DNA of 64,000 nucleotides from Octopus vulgaris. Taxonomy: Eukaryota. Under the pieces are notes generated by a model. That model was not told the DNA's origin, did not search any database, and was given only the letters and a program-made list of their open reading frames with translations. Of the stretch, positions 14,138 to 27,141 are shown piece after piece. A program made the translations under genes and the position numbers. Every line of letters begins with the position of its first letter. Within the stretch, counting starts at the first letter, position 1. The stretch spans positions 15,810,001 to 15,874,000 of the forward strand of contig OX597842.1 in the NCBI GenBank assembly GCA_951406725.2, written 5' to 3'.

Positions 14138-14181
<44 letters not shown>

Positions 14182-14400
14182 TGTGAAATAGAAAGATGAA
14201 TAATCTTGTATTAGATTAATCAAAAGTTTAACCGATACCTTGGTAGCAAAAATCACAGCAGTAAACAGCACGGTTGGAGGTACAACCATATGGTGTTGCA
14301 ACCGTGCGTTGGTGCGGATAATTGAAATTAAAATATTAAAATATTATTGGTGAATTGAAGAAATGGAGCTGAACGCAGATTGAACAGAAATCGTTTTATT

Positions 14401-14486
14401 TCATTCTACACGTGTTTCGAAAGGCACAATTTACCAAAATCCGATTGAATAATGGGACCATATTGTGTCTTTCTCTTCAGGAAGAA
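14401..14486 (-). ncRNA. Type I hammerhead motif
   Basis: Minus strand: ttcttc-CTGAAGA-gaaagacacaat...attgtgcctttc-GAAA-cacgtg-TA-gaatga; long stem II, palindromic stem III (ACACGTGT). Confidence 0.65.
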
Positions 14487-14963
14487 AATAGGAAATCCGT
14501 TGGAAAAAACAAAAACAGAACAGAGGCGGAGCAAAAACAAATCGAACTAGGCTCCTAAGAGCCCATGGCGAAACTGTTTATCAGAGTATGTTGAGAACCG
14601 GTGGCTGAAGAATTTAACGGGTCAGGCATCGGTCAATCATGTGGGTGAGGGTGTGTAGATGTTCTTTGTGACCGAGAATAAAGTTCTGACTATTTAAGGA
14701 ATATTGGATGTTTTATAAGGGGCGAGAAAAAATCTACTTAGAGACGTGTGTGTGTCTACTGTTCTATATATGTGTGTGCTGGCGTAGGGGTAGAAAACAT
14801 TTTTTGTGTACGTGTGTGCGTTTGATCGTTCGGCTGTCAGTGGCTACTGCAGTGAGAACCGTTGGGTGGCAGAAAAAAATATATATATTATGTTTTATGT
14901 GTGTGTGTGTTCATCTAAGCCTGCCTTGTCAAGGAAACCCCCCATTTCTTCAATTCACCAATA

Positions 14964-15017
<54 letters not shown>

Positions 15018-15046
15018 GCGGGGTCATATATTTATATGTATATACA

Positions 15047-15088
<42 letters not shown>

Positions 15089-15257
15089 TGTATATACATA
15101 TAAATATATATCGTATCTTTTCATTTGTCTTGCTCGCTTACGTTCTGGTGTTTGGTAATTTTTCTTGAGAACATTTCTTTCTTAGTGGTAAGACCATAGC
15201 GGATCTACTTCTAGCATAATGGATGTCCGCTTACAGGTCATCCCTCTAATATGTTTG

Positions 15258-15321
<64 letters not shown>

Positions 15322-15894
15322 CTCTTCCAGGTCAGGCATCATCTCATTTCTTCCTGAATGAGAGAAAGGGGCCAACGGAAAGATAAAGTTGGAGAAAAGG
15401 AAGCATCAACCCCAGAACTGGATCTTGAAACCCTGAAACGAAGGAAGAAGATGTTGATGGGATTTGAACTGAGAAATCAGAGAGTTGGAAGGATTAGCAC
15501 AAGGTAACTTATCGAACATTCTAAGGCTCTGCATATCCCCCCCACACACACACGTCTTTGTCTGTCTGTTTGTCGCTATTAACTTGCTATACATTAATCT
15601 TTCATAAATATTTTCTGTCGTTAATTAGTTTGAAATTATATCATTAAATTCCCATTAATTTGGGGTTTGTATTTTGTTGACAAAGTTAGTGTGAATTAGG
15701 TCAAAAGGCTTCATGTTGTTATTGCTGTCGGTGGCGGCGGTGCACACTGTTTCAATTTCTATGTGCCGCTATGTGTGACTGTGCATGCGTGTATATAATA
15801 CTTTAGGAGTGTGTGTGCGCATGTGCTTGTGGGTGATGTACGACTGTCTTTGTGCGTATACGTATATATACATATAAACACATATATACATGTC

Positions 15895-15975
<81 letters not shown>

Positions 15976-16012
15976 ATTCAGCTTTGTGGTCCTTAAGGGT
16001 AATAAAGGTTAG

Positions 16013-16076
<64 letters not shown>

Positions 16077-17519
16077 TCCACTCTCAAGGCTTTGGTTGGT
16101 CCGAGGCTTTAGTAGAAGACTCTTACCCAAGGTGCCACGCAGTGGGACTGAACCCAGAACCATGTGGTTGGTAAGCAGGCTACTTACCATACGGCCACTA
16201 CGTATGTACATATGTATATATGTTTATGTATATTTGTATACCTGTGTATGTATCAATTTGCTTGTGTGTATGGATGTATATATATGTATATGTGCGTGTA
16301 TCTATGTGCACGTATGTATAAATGTATATATGTATTTAATGTAACGTATGTATCCTAGTGGTTCTCTCAGCATTTCGTTGATCGCAGATAACATGTTGGG
16401 CGATCATTCGGTACTAGTAACATAACTGTCACTTGGGTTTATTTACATTTCTGAAGAAAAAGGATACCCTTCCCCCACCCCTAACCCTAACCCCACATAT
16501 ATAAAAAAATAAAAATTTTACGGAATGTGACGGTCTTCTTCAAATGTAAACAATTACACGTGATATAAATGGGACTCATATCGAAAGAATGCCACATGTT
16601 GTCAGTAGTCTTTTTCCTCAACCCTTGTTGGGTTTGTTCTTTCATGCTTTGCTTTACGTATGTAAAATGTGAAGTTCTGCTGAAACTTCGATGCAAGCTG
16701 TGATTTTAGAATCTGAGTTTCCTCACATTTTTGTTTGTGAAATCATAAGTGGTTGCCACATGTCCATGTAATGCTGGCAGTTTGTTACTGTTATTGTTGT
16801 GTTGTCTTGGTCTTCTTTCTTGCCTTTCACAGTTTCCTCATGGAAAAAGCTTGCTGTGTTGTTAACATAAGTATTATCATTTGTGCATTTTGGCTGAGTG
16901 ATTTTCTTTTCAAGGGTGAAACATTTCTTTTCAACAAACGTAACTTTGCTGGCATGATTGTGTTTTTTCTGTCAAACTTGAGAATGTTAAGCATTTCTTA
17001 TTCCAATATTTTAATTTACTCTCTTTGTGTAGCCTATCGAAAGATCTTCTCTGGCCTGTCTATAGAATTGGTGTAAGTCTTGGGTCAGGTCGAAAGTCCT
17101 CTCCTTTGCCTCCTCTCGTTGACTCAAATAAGCCCTGGAGATGTGGCTGTTATTTCTAGCAGGTTAAAATGTTTGGGAATGCTGTTGATGACACAACAAT
17201 GAAAGTGTGTTAATGTGTTACTATTGCTTAATTCTGTTAGGAAGGGAGCAGGGGAAAACTGAAATTAAAAGAAAAATCAGAATCGTAATTTCATCTTGCT
17301 GCAGAAAATATAAGAATTTGAGAAAGAATTTCTTGGAAAATTACTTTGGATTTGAGGATGATATTGTCTATAGAAATAAGAAATGGACAAATTTGTTATC
17401 CTCAGTGGCAGAAGGGAAGAAGAAAATAGTTAAATAAATAGATTGCTTATTATTAGTATTGTAGTAATTATTAGTATTGTAGATTGCTTATTATTCGGAT
17501 ATTAGTATTGTAGTATCTA

Positions 17520-18325
17520 CGAGGTGGCGATCTGTCAGAAGGGTTAGAACGTCAGACTAAACGCTTAGCGGCACTTTGTCCGTCTATACGTTCTGAGTTC
17601 AAATTCCGCCGAGGGGTCAATAAATTAAGTACCAGTTTGCACTGGTGTCGATGTAATCGACTTCATCCGTTTGTCTGTCCTTGTTTGTCCCCTCTGTGTA
17701 TAGCCTCTTGTGGGTAGTAAAGAAATAGGTATTTCGTCTGCTGCTACTTTCTGAGTTTAAACTCCACCGAGGTCAACTTTGCCTTTCATCCTTCCGGGGT
17801 TGATAAATTAAGTACCTGTTGCGTACTGAAGTCGATCTAATCGATTGGCCCCACTCCCCCAAAATTTCGGGACTTGCACCTAGACTAGAAAAGATTATCA
17901 GTAGTGTAGTGATTGAATTCAAATAATGCCGAAGTCAACTTAGTCTTTGATTCTTTCAGGGTCAATAAAGTAGGTACCAGTGTGTACTGGGGCGGAGGTA
18001 ATCGTCTTACCCCCTCCCACGAACTTTCTGGCCCTGTGCAAAAGATTGAAAGCATTATAATGATAATTCTGTTAATAATATTATCACTCAAGGGCGGCGA
18101 GCTGGCAGAATCGTTAGCACGCCAGGCCAAACACTTAGCGGTATGTCGTCTGACGTTACGTTCTGAGTTCAAATACCGCCGATGTCACCTTTGCCTTTCA
18201 TCCTTTCGGGGTCGATAAATTAAGTACCAGTTACGCACTGGGGTCGATGTAATCGACTTAATCCATTGACCTGTCCTTGTTTGTCCCCTCTATGTCTAGC
18301 CCTTTGTGGGCAGTAAAGAAATAAT
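17520..18325 (+). mobile_element. Cluster of family-3 SINEs (ggcggcgagctggcagaatcgttagc head; gcctttcatcctttcggggtcgataaattaagtacc core)
   Basis: B-box gagttcaaattcc. Copies at 10545-10890 (-), 24382-24565 (+) and 61510-62158 (-). Confidence 0.8.
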
Positions 18326-18329
18326 TTCT

Positions 18330-19165
18330 TGAGGATTGAGTAGAAATAGTGAAGATAGGAACCAATCTAAGACTTCTTGCAAAAGGTCATTCTGATGAAA
18401 AAGAGTTTGTTAATCACCATTTTGATGCAGGAAATGGTGATATTTCTGTCGAACAAAGTCTAGGTGCATCCAAAATCAACCTGCTTTACAACTTTGGCCT
18501 GTCAAGTTTATGTGATGTTGTCTTGCAAATAATTTCACAGCCCCATGTGGCTTGCAAACAGACCCATTATTACTCCAACAAATGAAATATCACAGTTTGT
18601 AAATGAATTCATTATTGACCAGGATCCTTGGCGAAGTAAAGATATGCAGAAGCTCAGATACAGTTGATATTGAAGCTCTGTACCTAATCAAATTCATCAA
18701 CAAACTCCTACCATCACGATTTCCATGGACATATTCTCACACAAAAGACAAGAGGCTGCATTAGGTTATTGAAGAATTTAGATGCTAAACAAGACCATTG
18801 CAATGACACAGGCTACGTTATCATCTGCTTCCAAGATCTTATTATTGCTGCTGGGGTTGCTTGTGGTTCTTTTGCAGGATCAATCTCAGGGATTCCAAAT
18901 GGGTCTCAAGGAATGGAGTTCCCATTCATAGTTACCATACAAACAATTTCCTGTGGAACCACTCTTTCCCTTGACATGCAACAAGGCACAGAGACAGGCA
19001 TTTAAACAAATTGGAATATATCTTCCAACACAATTCTTCTCCCGTGGTCAGCTGTAAGTTTCACTTTCTAGAGTTTGGATGAAGCCTAATGTAAAACTAT
19101 TGGCTGACAGAAATAGAAACTGTATATTTACTGACAATTCTGTCCACAAGGAGGTTCTACTTGAA
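18330..19165 (+). mobile_element. Degenerate Helitron RepHel (PIF1 helicase C-terminus)
   Basis: QFPVEPLFPLTCNKAQRQAFKQIGIYLPTQFFSRGQL*VSLSRV corresponds to PIF1 motifs QFPVRxAFAMTINKSQGQ...FSHGQLYVALSRV; frameshifts and stops. Confidence 0.8.
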
Positions 19166-19566
19166 AACAAAATATGCATTTTAAGTATGTTTCACTAAAT
19201 GGAATTACACTCTTCATTTTTGGGAACATCCCACAGGATATTTAAACTGTTTATATAACAATGGACGTATTTAGGGACATGCCGGGGCTTACAACAACAA
19301 CGCCAACAACAAATGAAATTTCAATCTTTATTTCCAAAGTTAATCTCCAACAAAAGGGAGCTAAACAAATAAAGGGATCTCCATGTGGTAAATATATCTG
19401 CTAGAATTAGTAGCCGGATCCTACTCTATTCATCACTTATCATCTTAAAGAATGACACATTAGACAAGGAAAAACATGATGGTCCTGGATGGAAGGCATT
19501 TAATCATAGGTATGTGTGTGGTGAAGGTAGACTTGGGATTAAACAACAGCAATATTTACAAGAAAT

Positions 19567-19772
19567 TCAACTGAAGTCTGATAATAAACATTCAAGCGCC
19601 GTGAAACATTCGGTTTCTAAAAGAGCTTCTTTTAATGTTTGAGGTGTACGTTTCGCTGGATCGCAACTTTGAAACCATTTGAGCAGCATCTGAGAGCCTT
19701 GTTCCATAACGCTGTACGAATGGTCAATCTTGATGATTTCCAGGTCATCTTGTGTAATTTCTAATTCCCTTC
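19567..19772 (-). pseudogene. Gene C: orphan last exon of a paralogous death domain
   Basis: cag acceptor at 19775-19773, then RELEITQDDLEIIKIDHSYSVMEQGSQMLLKWFQSCDPAKRTPQTLKEALLETECFTALECLLSDFS*. Clearly homologous to 55141-55340; the 3' UTR (about 19270-19566) also matches 55341-55640. No upstream coding exons were found. Confidence 0.7.
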
Positions 19773-22493
19773 CTGCAAAAGATGCAACAAGAAATAATTG
19801 AAAAAGCATTAACGATAATATAAAACCTGTGAACTGTAAATTATAGATTTGACAAAGAAATTACGTGAATAGACGAACAAGAAATACTGAAGAAACACGG
19901 AAATTAGAAGACATTGTTATCTGTTTCTAAAGATTTTGAGAAAAATAACAAACAAGTTGAAATAAAAGCTGGAATTGGAGAAAACATTTTAAAATCGGAA
20001 TAAAATTGAAAGTAACACATGAGAAATCTTCTGGTAAACAACTGGCAGGAGAAGTGTTTGTGTGGGCAGCAGTATACGAAAAGCTCAAGAATCAACAAAG
20101 ACAACCAATAGTTACACCATTTCATCTATCCATTCAAATGCTTTGCCTTCTCTTCATAGGAAGGTTATAGGGGTAGAGTCCTCAGGCACCTCCTTCATAC
20201 GATCCTATCTAAAGTAACCTTGATTAGACATTCTGAGAGGATTTCCAAGCACAACCGATTGAAACAATGGGTTTTATGCAAAACATTTTTCTTGGTTTAA
20301 CCCTAGGTCTCTTGTCAGTTGTCTCAGCTCGATGAATCCCTCTTTTGATTCTTTTCTGGGACATTTTAATCACATGCCGGTAGTATTGAAGCAGCTGTGA
20401 CCTCTCAATGCAGAGAAGCAGTCGTTTGGCCTGGAGACACACCCAAATTCCGAAGCTGGATGCGTTACTCCAGAGACTCTTCAGAGAAACTCAATTTCAG
20501 TCGTTTTGATAACATCCCATATTCAAAGAGTGAAATAGTCATCTGTGATGTGGTCCCTCCTATCATTAGTAAATAATTAAAGTTTATCAAAATTCAGAAA
20601 TATCTCGAAAGTGGGGAATGACTTCAACGGCACAAAGTAAAAATATAACACTGTTAGGTACATATTACATATTATAGAAGATACCAGCTCAAAAGTTAGT
20701 TTTGGAATACTGATTCCTAAAAAGGAATTACTTCACTGGCTGAAGGCCACAATTTCAAAAGAATCTCCTACAGGAGAGGCCCAAGAGTAAACAAAGCAAT
20801 GAGAAAAGTTTTAGTTTGTAAGCAATAACAGAACATCTACACCGTACACCTACAACACTTGGGTCCTGAAAGAATCCCTGCATCCTCAAACATCTACATC
20901 ATCTGGAAAGTTATCACAATTTATATGCAGGGGAGAGAAAAGGGGTTAATAGGAATTCTATATGGTTTATCTAAACAACACAATAGGTGCAGTGGTATCA
21001 CAGGCAAGTTTACAGGGAGGACGGGTTAGGGTTGGGGAAGGACTTTTTAAGTAGCAGATACACGGGATTAGTTTGTAGTAAGAACAAGTATGAAAGACCT
21101 ATAGTTTCTCTAACCTAGGAGACATAATTAGAAGTGGGTGGGTGGAGGTCTATTCTCAAAGTGCAGTGCTTAGAGGAAAAATGAGATGGAAAATGTACAG
21201 GGAACTGTTATGTCTACTGACAACTAAGGGATTCTGTCTCCAAACGAAGGAGAGATTGCATGATGTGTATTTGTAAAGTGCAATGATGCATTTAATGTAG
21301 AGGATGCATGAAAACTGGTAAGAAATGAGGTGAGCATATTTCACTAGAAATGTAATGTTAATGTGTTGAAAACCTGGGGTTAGGGAAAACTGGGTCTCAG
21401 AAGAATCTGTGATAGTGCACAATATAGTATAGATTTAGAAGGGATATGGTAAAAGAAATTTGGATAAAGAAGTGCCTGGAATTCAAGTGGAAGAAAACAA
21501 GCGATTAAACCTGACAAACAACCACAACGACTGTTGGAGAAGTCGTCTGACACATACAAACTTGGAGAAATGAACGTAATATGCTGATTATATTGGACTG
21601 GTGTTAATGGATTGATTTTTACCCCAGTATTTGACTGGTACATTTTGTATGACTGCCAGAGAGATAACAAATTGGCAATGTCACAGATGATGTCCTCTCT
21701 TAATTTAGATAAATCGTTTCTATCAGCTGACTAAAGGGATTACGTTACGACCTCTTGAATCTGGGGACTAGATTTGAACCTTTCACCTCTGATTATATAC
21801 ACACACACATATACACACACACATATATAATTTTTGCCGCTTTTTATAGAGATAAAGAGGGTTTATAAGGCTGCAAAAGGAAGTGCTCATGTGTAATTGA
21901 GACAGAGAGAGATAAAGAAACATCGATCAGAGAAGAAACATGAAATTCGAGTCAACAACTTTATACATAACACCGTCTCTTATCAAACATTTGATCAGAT
22001 CTAAATACTACCCTGGCCTTTAAACATATAAAAAGAATACATATATAAAAAAAAATACAGAAGGTAAAAAATATACATGCAAATAAAAATACAGATATAC
22101 AGAATGGCTTATCAAGAAGGTTTATATAATTGGCTAAGAATTCTAAAGTGTGTCGTGCGACTAAAAACCTAAATAAAATATCAATTGACTAAAAAGATTT
22201 TTTTATTCCCCTCAAACACAAAAAAAAGAAGAAAGTCAAAATAGTTCATTTCATAAAAACCATGGGGTACTACTTGAGAACAGTGGTCCCGGTGCGCGCA
22301 CTCGCATTAGCTAGTCATGACTAGTCGATCTTTTCTTTGTGTTTTTGAGTTTTATTTACTTTGCTTTAAAAAATTATTTATTTTGTCTCCGTGCTAGCTA
22401 GTCGTGACTAGTCGATCCTACAACGACTTCCTAGAAAAGTAAATAAAACACAAAATAAATAATTTTTTGGATCTTTTCGGTTTGAACGGCAGT

Positions 22494-22996
22494 TTTTTGT
22501 AGCGGTGTCATATGAAATTGTCACCCATAATTATGACCCTAGTATCAATCTATTGCATTTCAATCTGTTTTAGGGTTAAGGGTGGGTGGAAGGATAACTT
22601 TTTTGTTCAGAAATGTAAATAAATAGGCGCAGGAGTGGCTGTGTGGTAAGTAGCTTGCTTACCAACCACATGGTTCCGGGTTCAGTCCCACTGCGTGGCA
22701 CCTTGGGCAAGTGTCTTCTACTATTGAGAAAATTCTATATGTTGTAAGATATTTCGACTTTAATTTCGAGCATTTCAGCAATTTTAACATTCCGTGCTGT
22801 ATGAAAAGGTCCCTCGTTTAAGAAACAGATTGGGTTTATTTACATTTGTGAAGAAAAAAAGATACCCTTCTCCTTCCTCCAACCCTAACCCTAACCATAA
22901 CTCTAAACCTAACCCTAAAATAGATTGAAATGCAATAGATCGATACTAGGGTCATAACCATGGGTGACAATTTCATTTGACACCGCTACAAAAAAT
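22494..22996. mobile_element. MITE with ~90 bp TIRs and internal TAACCC-like repeats; SINE head nested at 22625-22724
   Basis: ttttttgtagcggtgtca...gaccctagtatc...ttttagggtt is inverted relative to aaccctaaaa...gatactagggtc...tgacaccgctacaaaaaa. A related fragment is at about 16420-16500. Confidence 0.7.
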
Positions 22997-23011
22997 CCCA
23001 TTTTCCGTAGC

Positions 23012-23578
23012 GAGGGAGATAGATAGACAGAGAGGGAGATAGAAAGAGAGAGAGGGAGATAGATAGAGAGAGGGGGAAATGGATAGAGAGAGAGAGAGAT
23101 AGATAGCTAGAGAGAGAGGAGATAGCTAGCTAGAGAGAGAGGGAGATAAATAGATAGAGAGAGAGAGAGGGAGATAGATAGCTAGAGAGAGAGAGAGGAG
23201 ATAGATAGATGGAGAGAGAGGAGATAAATAGATAGAGAGAGAGGAGATAAATAGATAGAGAGAGAGAGAGGGAGATAGATAGCTAGAGAGAGAGGAGATA
23301 GATAGATAGATAGATAGAGAGAGAGAGGAGATAAATAGATAGAGAGAGATAGGGAGATAGATAGATAGAGAGGGAGATAGATAGAGAAAGAGAAAGACAG
23401 ATAGAAAGATAACGAGGTAGATAGAGAGAGAGAGAGAGAGAGAGAGAAAGATAGAGAGAACGATAGAGAGAGAAATAGTATGTAAATAGAGAGAGAGAGA
23501 GAGACAGAGAGAGAGGCAGATATATGAATAGATAGAGACAGATATAGATAGGTAGGCAGAGAGGCAGGCAGAGAGACA
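23012..23578. repeat. (GA)n/(GATA)n low-complexity tract
   Basis: Directly visible. Confidence 0.9.
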
Positions 23579-23769
23579 TTTAAAAGCATGGATGTCAGTG
23601 TATATACAACTGAATCTACGTTCGTGATTTCATCAATTTGTCTGTTTATGTCTGGGTAACGAATCTCTATGTTGTATTGTAACATAACAATAATATATAA
23701 ACATGCATCTATCCACCTATCCATACACAGATACGTAAACTCTATCTTATGACAAGATATAAGACAAGA

Positions 23770-24079
23770 AAAATCTGTACCTTGCAGAAAGACAGAATAT
23801 TTCCAGGTGTAGGACTCCCAAAAGCCATTTCATTCTGGCTCTGGGTCGCGCGGATGAATAAATTGTATTCAGTTCTTAAGAATATATTTAATGTTAAGCA
23901 GGAGGTCATTCAGGGCAGCCAATAAAGCGACTCATTGTATTTTTTCTTTGTTGGTTGCCTTTCATTCTTATCTCTCAATATCCTGTCACTCCTTCACTCA
24001 CAGGAATTTCTGAAATTACAGCTGTGACCTAGTTTTACCCTAATTGTCCAAAGAGCTATGTGTATATGTATGTGTGTGT

Positions 24080-24110
<31 letters not shown>

Positions 24111-24275
24111 GAGAGAGAAGAGAGAACGGGTGGGCAACACCTACGTATGTTGATCGTATATTATTAACCCATTGAAATCGTTTTAGATTTCGTGAGCAAT
24201 AAAAGCCGAACACATTTTGTTGTTAAAGGCGCGTTGCGGTTTTATTGGCCAACGTCTATGCATTGTAGCAACATG
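23770..24275 (-). promoter_or_regulatory. Duplicated 5' exon/promoter block of gene C, paralogous to 11660-12367
   Basis: Shared collinear strings: tgaataaattgtattc, tctctcaata, ctccttca, aacccattgaaatc, ttgttaaa, tggccaacg; conserved donor position. Confidence 0.55.
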
Positions 24276-24964
24276 ATCATACACACACACAGACACACAG
24301 ACAACACAATTCACACACAGACATACTTGTGTATTATGTATATATAGATACGTGTGTGTGTGTGTGTGTATTATACGTGCATGGCAGAAACGTTAGCAGT
24401 CCGGGCGAAATGCGTAGCCGTATTTCGTCTGTCGTTATGTTGTGAGTTCAAATTCCGCCGAGGTCGACTTTGCCTTTCAGCCTTTTGGGGTCGGTAAATA
24501 AAGTACCAGTTACGCACTGGTGTCTGTCCCCTCTATGTTTGGCCCTTTGTGGGCAATAAAGAAATGTATATGTATATACTCTCTTTCTCTTTTACTCTCT
24601 TTACACCGACTTTAGTCGAGCAAATCGACCCCGGGACTTATTCTTTGTAAGCCCAGTACTTATTCTATCGGTCCCTTTTGCCGAACCGCTAAGTGACGGG
24701 GACGTAAACACACTAGCAACGGTTGTCAAGCAATGCTAGGGGAACAAACACAGACACACAAACACACACACACACACACATATATATATATGCATATATA
24801 CGACAGGCTTCTTTCAGTTTCCGTCTACCAAATCCACTCACAAGGCATTGGTCGGCCCAGGGCTATAGCAGAAGACACTTGCCCAAGGTGCCACGCAGTG
24901 GAACTGAACCCGGAACCATGTGGTTGGTTAGCAAGCTACTTACCACACAGCCACTCCCTGCGCT

Positions 24965-25093
<129 letters not shown>

Positions 25094-25170
25094 TGTGTGT
25101 ATGGTTAATGAAATATATTCAATGAGAATACAATATACTGAATTTCAAATAAATGCTCTTGGTAGGGAAA

Positions 25171-25218
25171 TGTCTAAAGCATTAAAGATATTTAGACATA
25201 ATATATTTATATATATAT

Positions 25219-25307
<89 letters not shown>

Positions 25308-25841
25308 TGTGTGTGTGTATATATATATTTAATAATATAAGGGTAAATAATTGTTAATTTTAAAAAACCAACAATTATTCCCGGGTAGATTTCGGTATGT
25401 AAATATAACTATTATCGGTAGGACCTTTTTAAAAAAATTATACATATATAAAAGGGCAAGCAACAGGTTGCTTAGCCACATACCGAAAAAAATAGAAATA
25501 GCAGTCATAGACCGTTTATTTCTATTTTATACAAATATAACTCCACATATAACTCCATATACATGTATGTGGAGTTATATTTGTATAAAATAGAAATAAA
25601 CGGTCTTTGACTGCTATTTTTAGTGGAGTTATATTCGTATAAGATAGAAATAAACGGTCTTTGACTGCTATTTCTATTTTTTTCGGTATGTGGCTAAGCA
25701 ACTTGTTGCTTGCTCTTTTATATATATATAATTTTTTAAAAAAAGTTCCTACCGATAATAGTTATATTTACATACCGAAATCTACCCGGGAATAAATGTT
25801 GGTTTTTTAAAATTAATTAATATTTACCCTTATATTATTAA

Positions 25842-25905
<64 letters not shown>

Positions 25906-25916
25906 ACACACACACA

Positions 25917-25988
<72 letters not shown>

Positions 25989-26030
25989 TATAAAACTATA
26001 TTATGTCTAAATATCTTTAATGCTTTAGAC
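25171..26030. repeat. ~860 bp fold-back palindrome centred near 25563, built from a Penelope-type pLTR end plus microsatellites
   Basis: tgtctaaagcattaaagatatttagacataata at 25171 mirrors 25999-26031; inner arms mirror around acatgt. Confidence 0.85.
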
Positions 26031-26236
26031 ATATATGTGGAGTTATATTTGTATAACATAGAAATAAAGTGGTTAGGAGATGTGCTCTGGCTTGGTGCAG
26101 GTGCTCTGGCTTTCCGCACCTGGCGTTTCTGTTCTGCTGACTGAATCCGTCTCTCCTCAGCTGTCTTGGCACCTGTGGTGGTTACGCTGCGCCAGGATAT
26201 ATATATATATATAAAGGAGAGAGAGATAGAATAGCG

Positions 26237-26281
<45 letters not shown>

Positions 26282-26925
26282 GACATAGAATTATACATAT
26301 ATTTATGTGGGAGATATATGTGTATGCGTGTGTGTATGTATGTATATGAGAGAATCCTTATAGAGTGTGAAGTCCTCAGAGAAAGAGGGAAGAGAGAGAA
26401 GGAGAGAGAGAGGGGGGAGGAATTACATTGGGAAAGATGCTTTCTAAACAAAGAATGTAAATATTAGAAAATTTGAAATGAAAGAAAAGTATTTTATATC
26501 CAAATAAAATTTCGAGAGTTATCTCCGCTTACTTGCCATCTCCTATCCGACTTTTAATCTACTTCCGGCAACAGAAAATTTGAAATTAATTGGGACCCCG
26601 GGTACGTTGCTACCGTTCAAAACTAAACTGAGGTGAGGCATTTTAATTTCATTTGGGACCATTTAACGCTTCAGTGAACATCCTTTCATCTTAAACTCTG
26701 TCTGTGTGTCTATAAATTAATGATACGATATTAATTATCGTAAATGTGCGTGATCCAATTAGGAAATTAATGATTTTGTTTTTCGTTACGAAACTTACAA
26801 GGGAACTTTCTGGCGGGAACAGAGATGGAGGTAACACAAAATAGGGTCTCTGTTAAGTCAGCCTGAAATGGTAGGGTTTTGTGTATATGTTTTAACAAGG
26901 GTGGATTTCTGCGCTGTGGAAACTG

Positions 26926-27141
26926 GGTACCATTTATTTAAGAAGAGTGGTCCTGGTGCGCGCACTCGTTTACTCGCGCACGCGCGCTAGCTAGTCGTGG
27001 CTAGTCGATCCTACAACGACTACCTAGCAAAGTAAATGAAACGCAAAAACACAAAGTAAGGATCTACTAGTCACGACTAGCTTGGTCGGATGCGCTTATA
27101 CGCGATTGCGCGCACCGGGACCACTCGTCTTAGGTTGTACC
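26926..27141. mobile_element. MITE, same family as 11408-11603
   Basis: GGTAC...GTACC ends; same internal ctagtcgatcctacaacgactacctagcaaagt sequence. Confidence 0.8.

Larger units (their letters stand above)
13085..14142. repeat. Penelope-type inverted pLTR pair (arms about 13085-13522 and 13613-14049)
   Basis: Near-identical inverted arms with a ~90 bp spacer. Spacer sequence catactgaacacttggtg...gttgatat recurs at 14085-14142. Each arm carries a hammerhead motif. Confidence 0.85.

Noticed and set aside
22881-22918. TAACCC repeats as an interstitial telomere
   Set aside because: Few imperfect units, lying inside the TIR region of a MITE.
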